A DNA stretch of 64,000 bases from NCBI GenBank assembly GCA_003345545.1, contig PRDH01000017.1:11923-75922 (forward strand), in the 5' to 3' direction. The position numbers were made by a program, and so were the translations under genes. This document shows positions 9,956 through 18,375 of the stretch, piece after piece (position 1 is the first letter of the stretch; the number at the start of each line of letters is the position of its first letter). The notes beneath the pieces are model-generated. The model searched no databases. It saw nothing but the letters and a program-made list of their open reading frames with translations, and was not told the origin of the DNA. Origin of the DNA: Candidatus Thorarchaeota archaeon (GTDB taxonomy: Archaea; Asgardarchaeota; Thorarchaeia; Thorarchaeales; Thorarchaeaceae).

Positions 9956-11206
9956 GTGGCTCTTGTTCTCGTGAATTCCGTTTCAGCTAATGCAGAGGCG
10001 CCTGAACAGGATGTTGACAACATGCTGTACAATCATACATGTGCGACGCTAAGCGAACTTGACATGGAGATTGTCCGCTCAGTTCCATCAGGTGGCAATT
10101 GGAGGAATCTGCCTGAGGCGACAATTGCAAAGTCAGCAAGACTCACTCAAATCTACAATTCAGGCGGTCGCACAACATATTATGGCCGCCTGAGCGGTGA
10201 ACTCCCGAGCTACACGATTAACACATACTTCAATCGACCAGGAAACGGCACCTTCATACACCCAACTCAGAACCGCCTAATCTCTATGCGGGAGGCGGCG
10301 CGATTGCAGTCCTTTCCTGATAGATACCGATTTCTCGGTAGCTTCAGTTCTCGGTTCAAACAGATTGGTAACGCTGTTCCTCCTCTTCTTGGCAAGGTAC
10401 TTGGAGATGGACTCAAGTGCGGTTTCTATGTTGACTTGTTTTGTGGGGCAGGAGGTCTATCCGAAGGACTGAGGCAGGCAGGTCATCGAGTTCTCGTAGC
10501 GACGGACCTCAACCGCCACATGTGCGAAACGTATCGATTGAATCACGAGAACGCCACAGTTGTTCAAGCCAATGTTCTCAATGAGGCAGACACGGACAAT
10601 CTCATTGATACTATTGAATCAAAGCTCAAGGGACGGACGCTGAATCTACTGGCTGGTGGCCCGCCGTGCCAAGGATTCTCAACTGCTGGTAAACGGTCAC
10701 CTTCGGATGTTCGCAATTCCTTGATCTTCAGGACCTTAGTCTTCATCCACAAACTGCGTCCCGAGAATGTCCTTATCGAGAATGTTCCAGGGATTCGATG
10801 GATACGTCAAGGTCGATTGTTGAAGACTATGCTTGATGCACTAACGAGAGAAGGCTATCATCACAGCACTTTGGTGTTGAAAGCAGAGGAGTACGGAGTG
10901 CCGCAGCGAAGAAGGCGTGTATTCATCATGGCGGCTCGTAATGGGGATTTGGCCGAGAAGCCCGATGCTCTATTCTCATCGGTTGCGGACCCTAGTGCAA
11001 GAGGTGATACCATAACAGGGAGTCATTCTCTTCCACCACCGATTACAGTGTCTGAAGCTATACAGGATTTGCCTGAGATTCCTTCTGGTGGCGGCGTGGA
11101 TTCCATCGAATATGACCGCTCTAAGATACACTCAGACTATCAAAAATACATGAGAGGTCTTGTTTCCATTGACAATCTTATCGCGAGGAGAGCTGAACAA
11201 GCTTGA
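9956..11206 (+). CDS. Circularly permuted C5-cytosine DNA methyltransferase, Alw26I/Eco31I/Esp3I type
   Basis: Motifs IX (REAARLQSFP) and X (QIGNAVPP) precede I (DLFCGAGG), IV (GGPPCQGFS), VI (ENV) and VIII (QRRRRVF). Confidence 0.9.
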   Translation: MALVLVNSVSANAEAPEQDVDNMLYNHTCATLSELDMEIVRSVPSGGNWRNLPEATIAKSARLTQIYNSGGRTTYYGRLSGELPSYTINTYFNRPGNGTFIHPTQNRLISMREAARLQSFPDRYRFLGSFSSRFKQIGNAVPPLLGKVLGDGLKCGFYVDLFCGAGGLSEGLRQAGHRVLVATDLNRHMCETYRLNHENATVVQANVLNEADTDNLIDTIESKLKGRTLNLLAGGPPCQGFSTAGKRSPSDVRNSLIFRTLVFIHKLRPENVLIENVPGIRWIRQGRLLKTMLDALTREGYHHSTLVLKAEEYGVPQRRRRVFIMAARNGDLAEKPDALFSSVADPSARGDTITGSHSLPPPITVSEAIQDLPEIPSGGGVDSIEYDRSKIHSDYQKYMRGLVSIDNLIARRAEQA

Positions 11207-11264
11207 TTAGTGAAAAGACCTTCTGTTGGCAAGAACGGTGATACTGGGTGAGACTGGAGACCCG

Positions 11265-12968
11265 ATGAGCTTGATTGCGAGAGCCATATTATACGATCTG
11301 CTTGGTTCAAAAGCACTGGCATCGCTGTCGTTCATTAAAGATGACATAACCGAGGACTTCATTGCTACTGTAGTGAACGAGTACCATGCACTAATCCAGG
11401 AAGACGCAGCTCGAAGCTTCATAGTGACGGATGTACATGGTCGTCCTGCAAGTATTAGTAGAGTAAGTGATATGACTCTAGTCATCGCTGTGAGCGAGTC
11501 TGAAACATTCACAGATGAAGAGATAGCGCGGCTTCAGGAGTTTCAGAAAGTTGTTTCATCAGAGATTACCGTCAAATCAGTTCGCCACTTCAAGTATGAG
11601 TTCTCTGCTGTAGCAGATGCTCATCTTCGAACTCCCCTCGATATCTGCTTTGTGACTGCTGCTGAGCATTCTGACGATAACAAGTCAGTGATTGCTGTAG
11701 AAAGCCTTCTTGAGATTAGGCAGCATACGGGTGAGCAGTTCTCAGAGGTGATGAAAATCGGTCCGTACGCGGTCCGGGCGACGCGGGCGATCTACCCCGA
11801 ACTCGTCAAGGATACATGGCCCGATGTCATGAAATCCGTTGGGTTATTTGCATTGGTCATTTCAAAAGGTATGACAAAGAGCGATATGATTCGGGACGCC
11901 GTTTTCAAGATTCGCAAAGCATCAAGTGCGCGGATAATAGTGATTCCTGGTTCCGACGACGACCTTGAGGCTGCACGAGAGTTTGAGATTCAACATGGTG
12001 TTGATCTCTGTGATACAGTTTCTCCTAGACCCATCAATCTACTCCTCTCAGCTATGGCCTATGGCGGTTTCTGCGATATGCAACCAGAGCTGGCACTGCA
12101 GAAATGGGAAATAGAATCTATGATTCGTGAGCCCAATGCCCCTCAAGAAGTACCCACTGCTGATGTGGGGCATAAGGCATTCTTTGTTGTGGACCGCAGA
12201 ACAGGGGAGGCTGTATACAGCTACTACTACGACGAGAGATCTGGGCTGTTGGAGGTGGCTCCGAACATCGTCGCAGCCATATCCTCCTTCAAGATAGATC
12301 AAACGGGCCCTACTGAAACCTCTGTGTTCAGAACAGGTGACTTGAGCTACATCACAATTGAACGAAGCGACTATGTGTTCACGTTAATCACTGGGAGTGA
12401 GGCAAACGTAGAGGCTCTGAGATCCCGTTTCTCGTTCCTTCCAGACCTATTCCTCGACGAGATTCCTAAACCATCTGAAGATCCTACTGACCTCTTCAGG
12501 TCTCCTCTCTTCACAATCAAGTTGCTGGCTACTCTCCCCCCTGCTGTGCTGCCTGGGAGGGTGGCACCGACTCAAAAACGGCCTCTAGTTTGGGAGCGAT
12601 TTGAGCACGCGCCAGTGCGTGAATTCCTTGAAGCTGTTTGGTATCGACTGAATGGCACACTTACAATATCTAAATTGGCGCCAGGAAGAGGTCCGGAGTT
12701 GATTCTCGGCGCAATTCACCTTCTCAACCGGTTGGGCGCCATAGATTGCCAGCTGAGAGTACAGCCTGATGACATTCCCTCACTAGTGGTTATTCCCGAT
12801 AAGGATGTGATGTCCCTCTATGAGGGTCTTAGTACTATCCTCGCGCTGGTTGATGGATCCCTTGGTATTCAAGATATTGCACACACCTTGGGACTGCAGC
12901 CCAGCGTCCTTCAGAAAGTCTTTGCTGAGCTACATAGGCGGGGAATAATCTCATTGACTGCGAAATGA
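11265..12968 (+). CDS. Longin-like / degenerate G domain / longin-like / winged-helix protein (putative pseudo-GTPase); track start 11226
   Basis: Colinear similarity to the downstream GTPase gene; G1, G3 and G4 motifs eroded; C-terminal LVDGSLGIQDIA...LHRRGII wHTH. Confidence 0.65.
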   Translation: MSLIARAILYDLLGSKALASLSFIKDDITEDFIATVVNEYHALIQEDAARSFIVTDVHGRPASISRVSDMTLVIAVSESETFTDEEIARLQEFQKVVSSEITVKSVRHFKYEFSAVADAHLRTPLDICFVTAAEHSDDNKSVIAVESLLEIRQHTGEQFSEVMKIGPYAVRATRAIYPELVKDTWPDVMKSVGLFALVISKGMTKSDMIRDAVFKIRKASSARIIVIPGSDDDLEAAREFEIQHGVDLCDTVSPRPINLLLSAMAYGGFCDMQPELALQKWEIESMIREPNAPQEVPTADVGHKAFFVVDRRTGEAVYSYYYDERSGLLEVAPNIVAAISSFKIDQTGPTETSVFRTGDLSYITIERSDYVFTLITGSEANVEALRSRFSFLPDLFLDEIPKPSEDPTDLFRSPLFTIKLLATLPPAVLPGRVAPTQKRPLVWERFEHAPVREFLEAVWYRLNGTLTISKLAPGRGPELILGAIHLLNRLGAIDCQLRVQPDDIPSLVVIPDKDVMSLYEGLSTILALVDGSLGIQDIAHTLGLQPSVLQKVFAELHRRGIISLTAK

Positions 12969-13051
12969 TGTCATAGCAAGCTTGAAACGGGCAAGAAATA
13001 CAGATAACATCTAAAACTAGGACAATCTTAGACAGAGAACGTGAAAAGTCG

Positions 13052-15001
13052 ATGATACACAACGTCTTGCTCATAGGAAAAGAAGATGGCAACGTTGTAG
13101 TGAGAACCAGGTTCTGGAAAATCGACTTTGTGGATAAGGATATCACTGACTTCCTGGCTGGCTATCGGGACCTCTTCGGGACACAAGGTCTCGCCCAGGA
13201 CACTCCTGTCTTCGTAGCTGAGAAGCATAAAGTCTTCCATGCCGAGGTTGACGGAGACATGCTCCTGCTTTTTGTCACCGACGGCCGTGATGAAGATCGG
13301 GCCATTCAGTACAGAGTCAGAGAAGGAGCATCCCGAGTTTCCACAGCCCTCCGTGGAAACAGCATTGGTTACATCCGTGATAATCTCGATGACATACTAG
13401 GCGAATTGATATTCACACGGTTCAAGGTCAGCTTCGTCGGAAGCGGTGGTGTCGGTAAGAGCACTCTCCTGCGGCTCCTCTTCGGCAAGGAGCCAGCGCC
13501 GGGAGGGTACGTACCAACCATCAATGTTGCTGTGGACTCCTCAGAAACCATACAATTCGGTACTTTTCTCGTGACCGTCTGGGACTTCGCAGGACAGGCA
13601 GTCTTTCAAGATTTATGGAGCTTCTACTTCTCTGGGACCGATGTTATCTTTCTGGTCACCGACTCAAGTTTCAGGAACGTGATGCAGACCAAGTCCCTTC
13701 TTCGCACCATCAGGAAGGAAGCCCCTGCAGTGCCTCTCTTCATCCTGGCAAACAAGCAAGACCTTCCCGAGTCCATGAAAGCTGAGAAGATCAAGCGTCT
13801 TCTGGGCGCTCCCACATTCCCTATGATTGCCACGGACAAGTCTCGTCGCGAAGAATTCATTCGTATGATGCTAGAGGTTGCTGCTAAGACCGTTGGTGTG
13901 ACGCTACCCGATCTGCCTATCAGTGAGATGATTACTGTTAGGAGAGGAACTGAGGAGATGGACCAGCCTGGAGCAGCGGCAAAGAAAGCCAAAGAGGGCG
14001 AAACCGGTTTTCAAGATGTGCCTTACGATGAAGCAGTCTCTTCGCTTGGCAAAGTAGCATCCGATGATTCGCCAACTATGGATGCAGAGGCTGTAGGTCC
14101 CAAAACGACCACTGAGGTAGTCGCAGGTCAGAAGACCCCTGTTCGACCTGCTTCTGACCGCTCGAGGATACTGCACCTCTTAGCCATTGTTCCAACTGAC
14201 GGTGTTCCTGATGTAGTCACTCATGTGAGTTATGCCGATGAAGTCATTGATGAGAACGCAGTTGCTTCTCTCATATCTGCACTCGACTCATTTGGAGGAA
14301 TTGACGCACAATCAAGTGACGGCACTAGTGGTACTAATGCACTTGAAACGATTGAGCACGAAGGTAATCTCGTAATGGTCGAGAAGTCCACGCACTTCGT
14401 GATGGCGCTTATTGTGACAAATGACAGCCAGGAGGATGAGCAGAGAGGAGTCCTGAACTCAATACTAGTGGATCTCGAGCAGAAGTATCAGAATGTCTGG
14501 GCAACATGGAACGGCAGTACTTCGATATTCGAGCCCTCGATCTTTGACATTCTCGCGAAAGTTCCACTCAGACCGATCAGTCTTGACTACCTATTGAGAG
14601 CTAGGGAGGCTGGAAGACCTCTACCATTCAGCAATCGAGAGGTAGGTACAGCGATTGTGGAGGTTCAGTCCGCCATAGCGCAGAATGATACTATTGGTGG
14701 TCTAGTGCGGAGTCTCAATTTGCCCCGTGAGATAGTCCTTGGCTGTCTGCAGATACTGAATCGCTATGGATGGGTCGATTTCAAGGTTGAAATTGGACCA
14801 ACAAGCGTTCTGAAGAAAGTTGGAGTTGTCAGCGAGGAGACCGAGAAGGCCTACGGGCAAGCTGTGATCAAGTTTGTCGACTTCTGTGATGGTCAAACAT
14901 CAATGGAGGACGTAGTCCGCAAGATTAACGTGAGCATGCAGGCCATGAAATTCGTGGCAACGAAGCTTGTTCTCGACGGCGTTCTTGAAATCGTGGCCTA
15001 G
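13052..15001 (+). CDS. Multidomain Arf/Rab-like small GTPase: longin - G domain - longin - 2x winged helix
   Basis: G1 GSGGVGKS, G2 YVPTI, G3 WDFAGQ, G4 NKQD; N-terminus MIHNVLLIGKEDGNVVVRTRF resembles an adaptin sigma/mu longin; second longin-like block; wHTH repeats. Confidence 0.85.
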   Translation: MIHNVLLIGKEDGNVVVRTRFWKIDFVDKDITDFLAGYRDLFGTQGLAQDTPVFVAEKHKVFHAEVDGDMLLLFVTDGRDEDRAIQYRVREGASRVSTALRGNSIGYIRDNLDDILGELIFTRFKVSFVGSGGVGKSTLLRLLFGKEPAPGGYVPTINVAVDSSETIQFGTFLVTVWDFAGQAVFQDLWSFYFSGTDVIFLVTDSSFRNVMQTKSLLRTIRKEAPAVPLFILANKQDLPESMKAEKIKRLLGAPTFPMIATDKSRREEFIRMMLEVAAKTVGVTLPDLPISEMITVRRGTEEMDQPGAAAKKAKEGETGFQDVPYDEAVSSLGKVASDDSPTMDAEAVGPKTTTEVVAGQKTPVRPASDRSRILHLLAIVPTDGVPDVVTHVSYADEVIDENAVASLISALDSFGGIDAQSSDGTSGTNALETIEHEGNLVMVEKSTHFVMALIVTNDSQEDEQRGVLNSILVDLEQKYQNVWATWNGSTSIFEPSIFDILAKVPLRPISLDYLLRAREAGRPLPFSNREVGTAIVEVQSAIAQNDTIGGLVRSLNLPREIVLGCLQILNRYGWVDFKVEIGPTSVLKKVGVVSEETEKAYGQAVIKFVDFCDGQTSMEDVVRKINVSMQAMKFVATKLVLDGVLEIVA

Positions 15002-17136
15002 ATTGATATGGTTATTCTCTCTTTATAGCTTGGTATCATGACGCCCTTTGGCTGGCTGAAGACTGGTGTGTGCACCATTATCCGCTTTCCTGTGCATGAG
15101 TTGACGTATCTCTCAAGGTTGGACGATGAAGAATGCGCGCTTAGCCGAGCATATTCAACGGCACATTCATGAGGTTCATAACCGTGAAGAAGATTCCATC
15201 CTGAAGTTCTGGGAGCTAGGTACCCGCAGAGAATTACTGCTGCCTTCGGATTGTTTCTCTGTTCATTGAAGTGCTGCCTTGCAAGGCCGCCGCTCATCAT
15301 GCCTCCCCCCGCCACAAGTACATCATCCTCTTCAAGATGTGTCCTGTTCTTCTTCATGCTCTCCCAGCTGCCTGTGACACCGACGAGCTTCGTCACCCGC
15401 TCGGCCATCCCCGTAACCATGACATTTCGGTTCTTCGTTATGCCAAGTTCCTCTAAGATCAATAGAATTTCCTGCGAGCGTCCCACGGCGAAGCTCGGTA
15501 CTATTACTGGTCCGTGAGTGGCGACTGTCTTGCTGATTTGTTCTGTTACCTTGGCTCTATCAAAATCCTCTCTTCCCCAGTAGGTGCCATCATAGATGAC
15601 GTACCGTGCATCAGTAGGTATGTTTGCTCCAGGGAATAGTATTGACTTGTCAAGATTAAAGTCACCAGTATAAAGAATCTTGACGCCTTCAATGTCTATT
15701 GCATAGACTGCGCTTCCGGGTATATGACATGCATCGATTGGTGTGACAACTATGCCCGAAGCGACCTCACTACTCTGCCCGTATTCCAGTTTCACATGGT
15801 TCTTTGCGACCTTCTGTATGTTCTCTTCATTGTAGCGTGAGATGAGGTCGAACTCGTCATACTTGCGAGGAGGGAATGGAGTTCCAACCTTCAGGGCATC
15901 GTCAAGCAGAACCGTGGTGACTGCTCCTGTTGGACCAACAGAGCACCACTTCCCTGTGAACTCCTCATAGAGAACTGGTAGACCTCCAACATGATCCAAA
16001 TGTGAGTGGCTGATAAGAACGGTATCTATCATGTCCATCTCCGGAATCCATTCAGGGATCCTGTGATTCGCTACAGAGAGACCGTAGTCTAGCAGAATGC
16101 CGCCTGTGTCTGTCTTTATCAGAATGCCGCTTCTGCCAATCCTATGCCCTCCGAGGAATATGATCTCAATGTGCTTGATTTTCGTGGAATAGGCAACCGA
16201 TGGCAGAAGGTCCATTCGAAGCTTCTGCGGTATCATCTCAAAGATAATTGGATCTACTACTTCGCCAGGCGGAGGTCGAGCGAGCTCCTGAAGTCTTACA
16301 GGTAGGACTGTCTGCTTGTTCGTTCTGAACTGCTCTCTCACGAATATCTTCGATATGGTCTTGACGGAATCTTCGACAGTCATGCCTGATTTAATCTCAG
16401 TCTGCCCTTGCCTATACACTTCCTCTTTCTTTATCTTGAGAAGACTTAGTAGGACAGCATCAGGCGCCCACTCTCTCATCGATTCAAACGCGTCAAAAAA
16501 TGACCTGTTCAGCACAGCCTCGCTGAGATACTGCGGATGACGCGCAACGGCATTCACCAGACGATACTCCTCTGACTCAACGATAGGCTGTAGGTCTATC
16601 CCTAGTTTATTACCGGCGTCTATGAACGAAGTCGTGCCAAAAAGAGGAGCTCCGAGAAACTGAATCCAGTGCCGTATCTCGGTTAGGAGACTATGAGCAT
16701 CGTCATTATTGATTGCTGCAAGGAGGACTAACGCCCTACGCAGCCATTCCTCTATGCTCGTTTGATTTCTTACATATCGCAGTGATTGCCTGTACAAGAA
16801 GCGGAAATCCTCTTCATTGTAGTTGCCGAAAATGAGGCCGTATGTGCAGAGAGTCATTGACTCGATGTAGTCTGATGCACTTGCTTCTTCCTTCACATCC
16901 CTGAATACGTCGAGTAGGACCTCGTTGGCTGTTTTCGCAATCTGAAGAGATGATGTGTCCTGATTTTTGGATTTGGCAAGCTCAAACGCTATGAATTCTC
17001 GAGACTCTCCAAAGAACCCCTCGCCTTCAGGCACCTTCTTGCCTGTCAGAACCTCTTTCAAATCCGCTTCTGCTTGGTGAAGCATTCTCTTGATTTCTTC
17101 ATGCTTCGTTTCTAGGGGTTCTTTCAAATCCTTCAC
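14998..17136 (-). CDS. beta-CASP metallo-beta-lactamase ribonuclease (CPSF-like) with an approximately 320-aa N-terminal extension
   Basis: LLDYG, SHSHLDH, CHIPGS, YTGDF, FAVGRSQE and LSAHS motifs. Confidence 0.85.
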   Translation of the reverse strand: MKDLKEPLETKHEEIKRMLHQAEADLKEVLTGKKVPEGEGFFGESREFIAFELAKSKNQDTSSLQIAKTANEVLLDVFRDVKEEASASDYIESMTLCTYGLIFGNYNEEDFRFLYRQSLRYVRNQTSIEEWLRRALVLLAAINNDDAHSLLTEIRHWIQFLGAPLFGTTSFIDAGNKLGIDLQPIVESEEYRLVNAVARHPQYLSEAVLNRSFFDAFESMREWAPDAVLLSLLKIKKEEVYRQGQTEIKSGMTVEDSVKTISKIFVREQFRTNKQTVLPVRLQELARPPPGEVVDPIIFEMIPQKLRMDLLPSVAYSTKIKHIEIIFLGGHRIGRSGILIKTDTGGILLDYGLSVANHRIPEWIPEMDMIDTVLISHSHLDHVGGLPVLYEEFTGKWCSVGPTGAVTTVLLDDALKVGTPFPPRKYDEFDLISRYNEENIQKVAKNHVKLEYGQSSEVASGIVVTPIDACHIPGSAVYAIDIEGVKILYTGDFNLDKSILFPGANIPTDARYVIYDGTYWGREDFDRAKVTEQISKTVATHGPVIVPSFAVGRSQEILLILEELGITKNRNVMVTGMAERVTKLVGVTGSWESMKKNRTHLEEDDVLVAGGGMMSGGLARQHFNEQRNNPKAAVILCGYLAPRTSGWNLLHGYEPHECAVEYARLSAHSSSSNLERYVNSCTGKRIMVHTPVFSQPKGVMIPSYKERITISI

Positions 17137-17163
17137 TCCACATTCTAATTCGAACTCCTCTAC

Positions 17164-18237
17164 TTATTGGCTTCTCTGCTTTCTTACTTGATATAGTCCC
17201 TGGCGACTATCTCGAAGAGACAGTTTCTTCGTTACCAGTCCCTCACTCATCAAGAGCGAGAGCGCATAGCGAACAGTCCTCGGAGGGAGCATTGTTTCCT
17301 CTATTATTTCCTTTTGGCTCATTTGATCCTGGTACTCAAGAACCTTAAGAACGAGTTTCGCACTCGGAGGCAGTTCTTGAGCATGCTCTTCTGATGCTTC
17401 GGACTTCTTTAGAAGCTTGCCTCTCAGGGCCGCGATCTTCTCCTCCTCGAACTTGACGAAGAATGCGCTTGAGTCGGCTCTTCGGATTCTGACTGGCTTG
17501 TTGTCCACTCTCTTTCTTATCTGTCCATCGAGGACTGCCTCTATGGCAACAGAACTTGTCAGGTCTCTGATCTCAACCTCTACGTCTTCAGGCAAGATCA
17601 GCGGTCTTCTGGAAGGATTCACGCTGTTCACGGGAATGATTGAAAACACAGGTGACGCATTGAGTATGACAGGACCGCCGACGCTCAGCGAATAGGCTGT
17701 GCTACCCGTTGGCGTGGCAACTATCAATCCATCACATCCGTCTTTCCAGAAGTGTTCTCCATCTATTAGAAGTGAGTATCTTATCAGAGTCGCACTTCTT
17801 CTGGCAAAAATGCCTATGTCGTTAAGGAGAGGCGGGGTCTCTTTTCCGGAGATTTCTGCAACTAGTCGTTTCTTCTCCTCACGAGCCCATCTTCCTTCAA
17901 GCAAGTCATCAACAACACTCTCAAAATTAGTGACAAGGACATCGAAGAGAAAATCTGGTTGACCCTTCGAGGCTACCGGGAGGATTGGTGTGTCAGTCTG
18001 TCCGAGCTCTAGGAGTGTCTTCAAGAGAGATCTGTCAGATCCGACAATCGCCAGGATGTCTACATCCATCCTCTTGGAGGGACCACTCTTCATTCCGATG
18101 CTGCTCGCGAGTTTCTCGTCAAGGATAAAATCTGCTTTGCTCTTGATAAGTGTATCAACGACGCTCTTGGTGTCCTCAAGCATGCCTGCTTCGAGTCCGG
18201 ACGTGACACCGATTCTCATCATTGCATTCTCCATCAA
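17164..18237 (-). CDS. NAD kinase-like protein fused to a C-terminal winged HTH
   Basis: DGLIVATPTGSTAYSLSVGGP and LND; GGDGT replaced by GSDRS; C-terminal LPPSAKLVLKVL..SQKEI..LPPRTVRYALSLL. Confidence 0.85.
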   Translation of the reverse strand: MMENAMMRIGVTSGLEAGMLEDTKSVVDTLIKSKADFILDEKLASSIGMKSGPSKRMDVDILAIVGSDRSLLKTLLELGQTDTPILPVASKGQPDFLFDVLVTNFESVVDDLLEGRWAREEKKRLVAEISGKETPPLLNDIGIFARRSATLIRYSLLIDGEHFWKDGCDGLIVATPTGSTAYSLSVGGPVILNASPVFSIIPVNSVNPSRRPLILPEDVEVEIRDLTSSVAIEAVLDGQIRKRVDNKPVRIRRADSSAFFVKFEEEKIAALRGKLLKKSEASEEHAQELPPSAKLVLKVLEYQDQMSQKEIIEETMLPPRTVRYALSLLMSEGLVTKKLSLRDSRQGLYQVRKQRSQ

Positions 18238-18375
18238 ACTGGCGCATCTTCACTGGAGCTCAGTACACTTAAATGACATGGCAAATGTTGCCTACCCGGC
18301 CTCTTCACGGAAATCATTGCCGTTTGAGATTTCATTAAAAGTAGTTCCAAGCGAGTTGAGAAGTGGTGCAATTGC

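Noticed and set aside
11226-12968. Possible cognate restriction endonuclease of the MTase pair
   Set aside because: No nuclease motifs; the sequence instead parallels the neighbouring GTPase.
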